Below are positions 22,938-32,507 of a stretch of 64,000 nt of DNA, in pieces; the stretch's first letter is position 1; the number at the start of each line of letters is the position of its first letter. The position numbers and the translations under genes were made by a program. The DNA is from a virus (taxonomy: Duplodnaviria; Caudoviricetes), in IMG/VR virus record IMGVR_UViG_2854078061_000001, positions 44,150 through 108,149 of that record, one strand, 5' to 3'. The notes below the pieces were generated by a model. The model searched no databases, was not told the origin of the DNA, and saw only the letters and a program-made list of their open reading frames with translations.

Positions 22938-23048
22938 ACGGGCCTCCTTTCTGCCAGCAGTCTCTCTACTGGACTTCGGGAAGCCCCTACTAATTCTCGC
23001 CGTTTTAATAATTCCCAAAAGGGATACGCAGGTGTTCTTCAAATTTGA

Positions 23049-23077
23049 ATTGTACCACATCCAGAAAGAAAAAGGAA
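23049..23077 (-). promoter_or_regulatory. SigA-like promoter for the small peptide mRNA
   Basis: TTCCTT-N17-TACAAT with extended TG. Confidence 0.5.
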
Positions 23078-23572
23078 GTGTTTATTATAAAAATCATTGC
23101 TTTTGACCAGGCTCTCGGCAAGACGGGTGTCTGTACTATTGATGGTGACACTGTTTACCACTCGCTGATCGACCTGAGCAAAATCAAGGACACCTTGGAA
23201 CGCTCGACAATGATGCGCCAGATGATCCAGAGCCGCATCAAGAACAATCGTCCAGACCTTGTAGTGATCGAAGATGTTGCACTGCAAAGCTCGCCAAAAA
23301 CATTGATCCAGCTGGCGCAACTGCAAGGAGCGATTATGGGGGTATGCGAGCTAAACAATATTCCCTATGAGATCATTAAGCCATCCGAGTGGCGAAAAAT
23401 ATTAGGATTTAAACAGGGTCGAGTAAAGCGTGCAGAATTAAAGCAGCAGGCCATAGACTATGTGAAAACCTATTATGGAGAAGATGTTTCGTCTGATGAA
23501 GCTGACGCGATGTGCATTGCGACAGCTGTAAAGTTGGAACTTGAAAATAATAAATTAAATCAGGAGGACTAA
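23078..23572 (+). CDS. RuvC-like Holliday junction resolvase
   Basis: IIAFDQAL, VVIEDV, PSEWRK, DEADA motifs; start codon uncertain (GTG 23078 or ATA 23087). Confidence 0.85.
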   Translation: MFIIKIIAFDQALGKTGVCTIDGDTVYHSLIDLSKIKDTLERSTMMRQMIQSRIKNNRPDLVVIEDVALQSSPKTLIQLAQLQGAIMGVCELNNIPYEIIKPSEWRKILGFKQGRVKRAELKQQAIDYVKTYYGEDVSSDEADAMCIATAVKLELENNKLNQED

Positions 23573-23577
23573 TACTT

Positions 23578-24126
23578 ATGGATGCAAAGAATAATCTGAC
23601 TTTGGCTGAACGAATTTTGTTTGTTGACAGCGTGGTAAGCCTGTCTGAGCGCGATGGCCGTTACGAGCCGGCGCTGTATGACTACGCTTTCAGAATTACA
23701 ACACTGATCATGTTTACTGGTCTGGAAACCAGTGAGATGGACCAGGACCAGATGAGTGAACTGGCTTTCTCTGATGAAACGACCAAGTTGATGAACGAGG
23801 CCCCGCGCAAGTATATTCTGACTACACTGAACAAGGCTTGCCGCGAAAAAATCGAGATTGCCCGCCAGCAGTATATGGCCGCATTTGAAGCCGCAGCAAA
23901 GAATCAGCCGTTTGAGCAGTTGATGCAGTTGGCCGCCGAGGTACTGAGCGGCATTGGTGATCAGTTCGACATGAACAAAATGATTGAAAAAATCGCTGAA
24001 GAAAATCTGAAGAAACCGGTAGAAAAAGATAACTATAGCGTCAAAACTCCTGAAGGAATGCTCGATGGTGCTCCTTCAATTGATACGACAGAGCTTATTT
24101 CTGCAGTCGCTGAAAGCAAGGAGTAA
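23578..24126 (+). CDS. Hypothetical protein, possible tail assembly chaperone
   Basis: GGAGG RBS; position. Confidence 0.6.
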   Translation: MDAKNNLTLAERILFVDSVVSLSERDGRYEPALYDYAFRITTLIMFTGLETSEMDQDQMSELAFSDETTKLMNEAPRKYILTTLNKACREKIEIARQQYMAAFEAAAKNQPFEQLMQLAAEVLSGIGDQFDMNKMIEKIAEENLKKPVEKDNYSVKTPEGMLDGAPSIDTTELISAVAESKE

Positions 24127-24129
24127 ACT

Positions 24130-24603
24130 ATGGGGAAGAAATCATTCAATACCGTTGAGGGGCTTCAGCGAGAAATTATGAAACGGGCAAATAAAGCTCT
24201 GAAAAATGAGGTTAAAGATTATGTGGAAGATAAGATGAAATCTCATGTAGAGCAAGATGTTTATGCAACCTATTCCCCTGTTGAATATGAACGTCGTGAA
24301 ACCAATGGCGGATTATTGGATGATTCAAATATCAGAGATGTTGTACATGGTCGCGTTTTGACCGTGTATAATGAAACTCAAGTTGAAGGTCCTCGCCTTG
24401 CAAACCATAAAGAATATCATAATCCAGATGGACTCCCCCGCTTGCTTGAAAGTGACAACATACGAAATCCATGGACACACAAGCGCTATAGGTGGATGAA
24501 ACCGCGTCCGTTTATGACGAATACTCAAAAAGATATCAATAAACACAATAAAGATATCGTAGATATGGTCGAGCAGCGGATCAATCACGACAATACAAAA
24601 TAA
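24130..24603 (+). CDS. HK97-gp10-like tail protein
   Basis: VYATYSPVEYERR...GGL and PRPFM motifs. Confidence 0.7.
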   Translation: MGKKSFNTVEGLQREIMKRANKALKNEVKDYVEDKMKSHVEQDVYATYSPVEYERRETNGGLLDDSNIRDVVHGRVLTVYNETQVEGPRLANHKEYHNPDGLPRLLESDNIRNPWTHKRYRWMKPRPFMTNTQKDINKHNKDIVDMVEQRINHDNTK

Positions 24604-24682
24604 TCAAAAAGATGAGCAGACTTATTAAAAGCCTGCTTTTTTTAGATTCGGAGATTGGTTGCTCCAGAAGGAGGAATAAAAC

Positions 24683-27600
24683 ATGGCGAGAGAACCAGAA
24701 TTGAGCATCAAAGTTAAGGTTGACCCGCAAATTGATGCCGCCAAATTACAAGAAGATATCAATAAAAAAATTCCAAAAGACGGCGTTGAGATCAAGGGCA
24801 AACTGGACGTAGACAGTCTTCTAAAGAGTGTTTCTAAATACCAAGAGGGCGATCAACATCTTGTGCCTATTATGGCAAAAATCTCGAATGTTGATAAGGC
24901 ATTGGATGTTTTCAAAGAAAAAGAGACAGAAACAAAAGTCAACTTGAAAGCGACCCAGGCCAGCCTCGATACGATCAGAGACCAACTGCAAGGTGTAATT
25001 GATGGTCTTGATTATTCAAAGCTGGAAGGCGCATCTGCTTCGACCTCTACTACTTCTACAAAGCATACAAAAAAGGGCAAAAAGACCACTGCCGTTGATG
25101 CAAGTACGGCTGCTAAACAAGAGATTCCTGTTGATGTAGTAGGAACGATTAGCGACGATAGTGTCACCGCGCTGAAAACTAAGATTGAAGCAGGGCTTAA
25201 TGACATTGCTATCGTGGCAAATATTGCTCCAGATCAGCTGTCTAAAATACGGAAAGATGTTGAGGCTGCTTTCAACGGTATTGCGATCACCCCAACTATA
25301 AAAGGTGTTAATGGAGCTGCAGCTCAGACCGGCGCAAAGAAAAAGGTCAATATTCCGTCTGATGACAAAATCATGGAGCAGATGGCCAATGCGCAATATA
25401 CTGCCACAAAGAATGAAAACGCAGAAGCGGCCGCCGTAAAACAAAAGGATATTATTTATCAGAATCTGGCCGATCATCAGGCAAAGGCTTCTGAAAATGC
25501 TAGTGCTGCCACTGCAAAGACCGCTCAGGGATTGTCTGATGCGAATAAAGCTATGGGCGATCTGAATGCGTCGGCCGTTGATTTTGAGCAGGACTGGCGG
25601 CGAGTCGTTACACTGATTGCTAGTGCGACAAAGAATCTAGCAAATTTAATGAAGGACAATTATGGAAAGTCTTCTGGTCTTGATATTTTTAGTTCTTTTC
25701 AGGAATTTCAAGATGAACTTCCAGACCTTGATACTGAACATGTAAAGCCATATTTAAAAAGTATAAAAGATTGGTCAGATTCTCTACTTGGAAACGCAAG
25801 TGGTGATTTTGATTCAAATACTATGATTCAGGCCATCCATATGCTCTCTGGCCTTGCAGATGCCTGGAATAATATTGATGTATCAAAATTGACAGATAAT
25901 CAGACAAAAGATAAATTGCTCAAAGAAATGTCTGAGTTGAACAGCATTTTCCCATCCTCTGGAGACAAACAACCGTTCCTTGGAGAAAAGGATGCCGCTA
26001 TCAATTATCTGACTGATCTATTGGCAAAAGCAGCAAAGTACTATGCAGAGGTCGGTAATGCAGCAAAGCAAACAGCTGACAGTATCGCGGTTGCCAATGA
26101 GGGTTTTGCGAACCAGACAGCAGAACTGGAAAAGAACAACGCAGAACTTGAAAAACTGAAGCAAAACGGAGTTACTCCTGTCAAGGAAAGTGCAGTTGAT
26201 ACGCCTTCGATTGCTGAAAAGGTTACATTGAAGCCGGAAGATATTACCCCGCCAGAGACACCAGTTGAGATTCCCGGGCATGTTACACTGACTGAGAATG
26301 ATATTACAGTGCCCAAGAGTCCAATTGAGCTAAAATGTAATATTGCCATTGAGAATAGTGAAACATCTAATGATGAGACTTCGGCAACTAAAACAAAGAA
26401 AAAATCTCGTCTTCGTCCTGTTGATTCGAATGATTTAAAGATTCAGCAAGAGGCTAATAAACTGCTGCAACAGGAAGAGCAGGAGCAGCAAAAAATTGCG
26501 ATAGCCGCTCAAAAAAAGGCAGATGCTGAAAACAAAGCATTTAATAGAGAAGTCGCAGCAGAGCAAAAGAAATATAACCAGGCCGAACTTGATAATCTGA
26601 AGGAAATCGAATCCATTTATCGAGAGTTAACCAGTCTTGAGAAGCAGCGTGGCAAATATACAAACCCAGATAAAGCTTTCGACTTAAATCAAGTTGAAGA
26701 AGACATTCGCATGGTTGAAGCAGAACTTAGTGAAAAAATGCGTTCAGCAAGCGAAACTGGTTATAATCCTTTAAAAGTCAAAAGTATTCGAAAACAAGCT
26801 CTAAGATATTATCGTGCTCAAGCTAGTTCTGACAATAAGTTTGATATTGCAAAACAAAATGCAGATACCAAGGCTCAGGAGGAAGCAAAAAAAGCTCTTG
26901 ATGAAGAAGCTGCAGAACGTGATAAAGTGGCACAAGCTGCGCAGAAGCAAGCTATTGCAATTCAGAAAGCGAATGAAGCCGCCGCCAAATCTCAACAAAA
27001 ACAGGATGAGAAGAATGTTGGTAGTGTTATAGATGACATTGTTTCCGAATCAAATAAGCTGATTCGACTTTATCAGCAGCGTTCAAGTCTAGTTAAACCT
27101 GAAGATGTTGCTACTTTAACCGAGGTCGATAATAAAATAAGTGATATTGTTGACAAGATTAAAATTCTTAAGGACAATTCAATCGCCTCGGGTATTCCCA
27201 TCAATAATTTCACAGAGGTTGCAAATGCTAACACGCTTGTTGAAAAAGCTAGAGTAAATAGTTCCACAAATTTTGATAAGAATCAGCAAGCTTATAATCT
27301 CACTCAGGCAACTAATGCGATTGAAACCGCTAAAGCAAAATATATCAATGCGTTTGCCGAAATTCAAAAGAAACGTGAAGAATTAGCGAAAACAGATGAC
27401 TTGGCGACACAGCAAATGATTCGGAATGCTATTGCTACTCAAAAGGCAATTATGAAAGCTTCTGGACACGAAATCAATTCTTATAGCCAACAATATGGCG
27501 GATTGGTTGATTCCGCATGGGCTGATGTCGATGTTGTGCGAAACAACAAACAGATTCAAGATCAAATTGCATACGAGGCAAAGGTATCAAAGGAAGCTGC

Positions 27601-30223
27601 TGCAACAAAGAAAGAGAATATTGATTTATTAAACAAATACAATCAAGCTCTTAATGAAGAAGTAAAATTATATAAAGATCTTCGTAATGCTGCCCCAGTG
27701 GATCAGACAACTAAACAAAATCTTCTGGAAAATCAAAAAGAAAAAGTTGGTGCTCTTAGAAAAGAGATCCATGACAAAGGGTTAAATTCTTCTCCAGAGT
27801 ATAAAAAATACACTTCTCAATATCACAATAATATTTCCGGAATAGATTCTGCAATTTCAAATAGTTCAGATGCCGCTCGTATAAAAGCGAACAACGAAGC
27901 AGACGCTGAGGTTCTCAAAAAAATTATCAGTCTATATCAGGAATTAAATAAGGAATCAACTCATCGTGTAGCGTTATTTAAAGACGAAGATGTCGAAAAA
28001 TTAAAAGAAACAGATGAGGAAATTCAGCGGCTAACTGACGATATTGAAAAATTAGAAGAGGCTGCCAAATACAGTGGGATTGATCTTGCTGGAAATGATG
28101 CTTATATGAAAGCATTTGAGAACTCTGACAAAATCCGAGCAGCTAATTCTAAGCAGTTTAATTCAAATCGTTCCAATTATGTCGAACAACAGACTGATGC
28201 CTTGATGGCCGAATATCGTACCCAAGTTAGCCGCATGCAAAATGCCGGTGAAAAAAGAGAACGTGCTACTGCTGCAAATCTTCCTTGGAAGGCAGAACAG
28301 TATAATACTCAGTACGAAGAAGCAGAAACAGCTTTGAAAGCACTCGATGATGAATTACAAAATCGTGGCTTACAACTTGAGCAATCTTATTTGGACTTGT
28401 TGCATGAAAAAGCTCAGGCAGAAAATGTTGTTAATGAGGCAAAAAGAAAAACGTATAAAACAGATGAAGAATCTACCCAAGTCACCAATAAAGAAATTGC
28501 AACGCTTGAAAATTACAAGACACAGCTTAGCGGAGTTCTTGGTCGATTGGAAAAGGCGGGTGCTGGCGATAGTTCTACGTATAAAACAGTAAAGGATTCT
28601 TCAAGGGTTCTTGATGATTTTTATGATAGAATGCATTCTCAACTAAACGTTGACGGAAGCAATAAAGATCAGGTCGCTGTTGAATAGGCCAATGCAAATG
28701 GGATTGAATATGTAAAAGATTATAATAGTGCGATCCTTGCTTTGACGGTTTCATTAAAAGAGTATAAGAGACTAGCTGAGGACCTCTCAACAAGAAACAC
28801 ACTTGAAAATTCTTTCATCAGAGCATCAACGAGAATTTCAAATTTAAAGAGTGAATTACACGATTACCTGGAAAAATATCCAAAAATCATGCAGAGTGAA
28901 CTTGCCGGAGATGTTGAAAAGCTTCAGAGTGATTTGGATTCTTCAACGGCATGGATGCGTGATAATGAACTCGGTAAGGATCTTGCAAAAATTAAACAAA
29001 GGGCAAAAGATCTTGGTCTTGAGGCGCAGAATTTACTTGATATTTTTGAAAAGCTTTTTGGCCAGCATTTGAGCACTATGATCACTATGGCTGCGTTGCA
29101 CAAAATGCAAGAAGCTGCACAGAAAATTTATCAAAACGTCGTTGACATCGACACTGCAATGACAGAACTACGCAAAGTCACAAGTCTAACTGCAAGCGAA
29201 TATGAGTCGTTTATGGATCGAGCTGCAGATAATGCTACACAACTAGGCATTAGTATTAGTGACTTTATCAATAGCACAGCCGATTGGGCGCGTCTTGGTT
29301 ACACAGAACAGGAAGCTGAGGAACTTGCTCGTGTCAGTAGTCTGATGAAGAATGTTGGTGACGGTATTGAATCTGCGAGTGATGCTTCTTCTTACTTAAT
29401 CTCTGCGATGCAAGGCTTTGGATTGGCTGCCGATCAGGCAAGTGAATTTCTGGATGTTATGAACCAGATTGCAAACACTGAACCTGTCACTGCAAACGAC
29501 CTTGGTGTTATTATGCAGAAGTCGGCCGCCGCAATGAATGCTGCTGGTAATACGTATCAGGAGACAATGGCTATGGCAGCCGCTGTTAACGGTGTCCTTC
29601 AGGATAACGATACTAGTGGTACATATCTGAAAACTCTGAGTATGTATCTGCGTGCTGCTAAGACTGATGCTGAATCGGCTGGCATTGAAATTGATGGCAT
29701 GGCTAATTCTGTATCTGAACTTCGTAGTAAATTAAAATCCCTAACCGGCGTTGATATTATGTCTGATGCAGCTGGTAAAAACTTTAAGTCTACATATCAG
29801 ATTATGAAGGAGCTGTCTCAGGTTTGGGGTAATCTTTCTGATGTTACTCAAGCAAATGTCACTGAACTGATTTCTGGTAAACGCGGAGGTCAAGCAACTT
29901 CTGCCCTGCTTAACAACTTTAGTGTCGCAGAAGATGCTATGAAACAAGCAGCAAATGCTACCGGAAGTGCGCTGGCGGAAAACGCAAAATACCTTGATTC
30001 TATTCAAGGTCGTCTTGCACAGTTGGACGCTTCTTTCCAATCTTTGTCTACTCATGTTCTCGATTCTGGTATTGTAAAATATACAGTTTCGTTCTTAACA
30101 GCCATCGTAAAAATCACAGACAATATCACTAAGCTTTCAGGGGCATTGCCTCCGATTGCTGCTGCCGTTTCTGGTATTCTGTCTATTATGCAAGCAAACG
30201 GCAAACTCCAAAATGGTGCAGGT
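24683..30223 (+). CDS. Tape measure protein, exon 1 (1847 codons, TAG 28685-28687 read through)
   Basis: Coiled coil followed by TP901-type TMP core (IDTAMTELRKV, TADWARLG, SGKRGG); exon ends at the predicted 5' splice site. Confidence 0.88.
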
Positions 30224-30709
30224 AAAGTTAATATGCCCGTTTATGTTCGTTGCGTTTAAAGAACATAGGATGCAACACCATATAAAACTAAACACCCCCT
30301 AGAGTGCTGGGAAACCCTAAGAGCCATATCGCCTATTGTTATACTTGTATAATGTAGGAATCGAAAAATAGAAACAAGGATATGGATGCTATATGCTGAG
30401 ATAAAAGCTCGGTTTTACCGTATTGTTAAAATGTTGTAACAGTCGAGTGCTAAGTAGCGTTTACAATGGGCGGTCAGCAGCCGATCCACTCCCCTATTAT
30501 ATAATGTAGGATGGTGGAAGGTTCATCGACTAAAAAGGGTCAGTGAGCAACCACTGGAAGGATAGTCAGTTCTGGACGAAAGTTCAGAAGTCCACCTCAG
30601 ACGTAACCAGACGACTTAAAGAAGTAGGTGGAAACGAGGAGACGCGCCATTCTCTGGCGCGATATAAGTAGAAGAAAATATTCAAAATTGTAATTCGACA
30701 TGATTCATA

Positions 30710-30738
30710 TTGACAGCTGACGCACTGGTGGTTATAAT
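30710..30738 (+). promoter_or_regulatory. Consensus SigA promoter inside the intron
   Basis: TTGACA-N17-TATAAT. Confidence 0.9.
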
Positions 30739-30780
30739 GAAAATACAATCGTATAAACTCATTTTACGGAGGTATTTATC

Positions 30781-31119
30781 ATGCCGAGACCTAAAGGAAG
30801 CAAAAACAAGGTTACTATGATTGCAGCGGCTCCTGTCGATTATGCCGCACTGATTGATGAAAAGCAATCCGCAAAAGATTCGTTGAATGCAGATGTTGCT
30901 TCTATCGCGGCTAATATCGATTCTTTGAAGGCTGATCTGAAATCCAAGAAAGCTGAAATCAAAAAGTTGGATAAAGAGTTGGCTCATCTTGCTAAAAAGA
31001 AGGATGAAGCTGACAAGAAAGCTGCCGAGGCCGCTGCTGAAAAGGAAGCCGTCGATCTTGTAAAGAAGGCGCTGGCAAATGGAACTACTGTTGATGATAT
31101 TCTTGAGCTTCTGAAATAA
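30781..31119 (+). CDS. Intron cargo: AT-hook-like N-terminus plus coiled coil (112 aa)
   Basis: GGAGGT RBS; MPRPKGSKNK; heptads; own promoter and terminator. Confidence 0.85.
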   Translation: MPRPKGSKNKVTMIAAAPVDYAALIDEKQSAKDSLNADVASIAANIDSLKADLKSKKAEIKKLDKELAHLAKKKDEADKKAAEAAAEKEAVDLVKKALANGTTVDDILELLK

Positions 31120-31146
31120 CTGCTGTACAGCCATCATAATGAACAA

Positions 31147-31182
31147 GCCCGACTTCCCTACTACTGGGAGGCCGGGCGTTTT
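31147..31182 (+). terminator. Intrinsic terminator inside the intron
   Basis: GCCCGACTTCCC-loop-GGGAGGCCGGGC then GTTTT. Confidence 0.75.
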
Positions 31183-31209
31183 GCATTGCTTTTTACGACG
31201 GTCTATGAT
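31181..31209 (+). promoter_or_regulatory. Second SigA-like promoter inside the intron
   Basis: TTGCAT-N17-TATGAT. Confidence 0.65.
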
Positions 31210-31236
31210 ACACTCTTGTAAAAGGAGTGTTAAATC

Positions 31237-31380
31237 ATGGAAAACAAAAGCAAAACTTCTGTAAAACATCCAGAAACAAAAAGCAATCAAGAGCATATTC
31301 AAAAACGTAATGGAACTTACACATATTCTCCAAAGAATCAAAATCCAGGAAAGCCTAAAGAAAAAGTCAAACAGAGGTGA
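31237..31380 (+). CDS. Intron cargo: 47-aa basic peptide
   Basis: AAAGGAG RBS; MENKSKTSVK... Confidence 0.55.
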   Translation: MENKSKTSVKHPETKSNQEHIQKRNGTYTYSPKNQNPGKPKEKVKQR

Positions 31381-31389
31381 TTAAATGAC

Positions 31390-31971
31390 ATGAAAGAAAT
31401 TATAGAATTCTTACCAGAACTTTTCGCATATTTTATTCCAGGTGCAATTACATTAACTATTTATAATTTTATATTTCTTAAAAAGCAAGACCACTCTGCT
31501 TTTATTTTCTGGGCAATTATAATTAGTTATATTGTAAAGATAGTAGTAGACGCTTGTGCCATAACACGATTCAATGGGGCTATTTATGTCGTTATTTGTA
31601 CGATGCTGCCATTTATTTTGTATGGACTACAGAGAATCGGATTGATTGATCGACTGTTTTCATATCTCAGACTATCTGATATTCAAAATATTTGGCTTTC
31701 AACATTAGATCTTGATGGTTGCAATTACGTCATCGTTTATTTATCTGATGGTCGTGCGTATTGTGGACTTATCCATCAAGCTGACGATGATTGGCTAATC
31801 CTTACTAATTACAATAGTGTCCTAGCAAAAAAAACAGACGAAAACTCAAAATCTAAAGATGACGAGCCATGCGACCAGATTCTCTGTATTCCAATGTCAA
31901 ATATTGAGTGTTTTGAAATGGCTTACGACGATGGCTCTCCAAAAATCAAAGAATTTTATCCATTTGACTGA
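31390..31971 (+). CDS. Intron cargo: 3-TM membrane protein with soluble C-terminal domain (DUF6338-like)
   Basis: FIPG motif, TM helices, VYLSDGRAYCG, ILCIPMSNIE; AT-rich. Confidence 0.75.
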   Translation: MKEIIEFLPELFAYFIPGAITLTIYNFIFLKKQDHSAFIFWAIIISYIVKIVVDACAITRFNGAIYVVICTMLPFILYGLQRIGLIDRLFSYLRLSDIQNIWLSTLDLDGCNYVIVYLSDGRAYCGLIHQADDDWLILTNYNSVLAKKTDENSKSKDDEPCDQILCIPMSNIECFEMAYDDGSPKIKEFYPFD

Positions 31972-31974
31972 ATG

Positions 31975-32010
31975 AAAAACACCTAGAACTGACGAGGTTC
32001 CGGGTGTTTT
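31975..32010. terminator. Bidirectional terminator between convergent cargo genes
   Basis: AAAAACACCTAGAAC-loop-GTTCCGGGTGTTTT. Confidence 0.75.
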
Positions 32011-32037
32011 ATTTATGCCATACGAGTTAGACACGTC

Positions 32038-32481
32038 TTACCATTCATACCCACAATTCTTACACTTGAACTGATGACGCACTTTACTAGAGAAGACACC
32101 GAACAGAGCGAACGACACTGCTTTGGATGTACCGGAAATTTTTTCGATATCAGGTGATCCACAAGTCGGGCACTTTGGAACGTACTTCGGGGTCGGCTTC
32201 TTTTCTGGCGGCTTACTCCCCTGCTCTGCGAGATATTTACGAATCTGGGCATCTTCTTTGTCAAATTCATCAATCCATTCAGGATGATTCCCTGGTCCAT
32301 ACATTGGTTTATATTCTTTTGGCTGTTTCATTTTCGATAAAATTTCAGCTTTCCCCTCATCATTCGCTTTTATCCATTTTTTATAATCAGTCAACAAACA
32401 TCCACAATGGTAACATACAAACTTCGGCCAGTATGCCAATCTTCCGCAATGCGGACAGACTTCAATTGTTTTGTCATCCAT
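32038..32481 (-). CDS. Intron cargo (antisense): double zinc-ribbon protein (147 aa)
   Basis: AGGAGA RBS; CPHCG..CYHCG and PKCPTCGS...CKNCGYEW with a short hydrophobic stretch. Confidence 0.85.
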   Translation of the reverse strand: MDDKTIEVCPHCGRLAYWPKFVCYHCGCLLTDYKKWIKANDEGKAEILSKMKQPKEYKPMYGPGNHPEWIDEFDKEDAQIRKYLAEQGSKPPEKKPTPKYVPKCPTCGSPDIEKISGTSKAVSFALFGVFSSKVRHQFKCKNCGYEW

Positions 32482-32507
32482 AAATTCTTTTCTCCTCAAG
32501 AAAACCG

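Larger units (their letters stand above)
30224..32507 (+). ncRNA. Group I self-splicing intron (2,284 nt) with cargo genes downstream of P9
   Basis: P4 TGCTGG(30305)/TCAGCA(30474); P7 GACTA(30528)/TAGTC(30563); P8 CAGTG/CACTG; P9 TTCTGGAC-GAAA-GTTCAGAA; P1 U30223:G30235; P10 TAATAT(30229-34) pairs with exon-2 ATATTA after omega-G 32507; splicing restores the frame. Confidence 0.85.

Noticed and set aside
30781-32481. Homing endonuclease or transposase within the intron
   Set aside because: No HNH, GIY-YIG, LAGLIDADG, TnpA or TnpB motifs in any cargo ORF.
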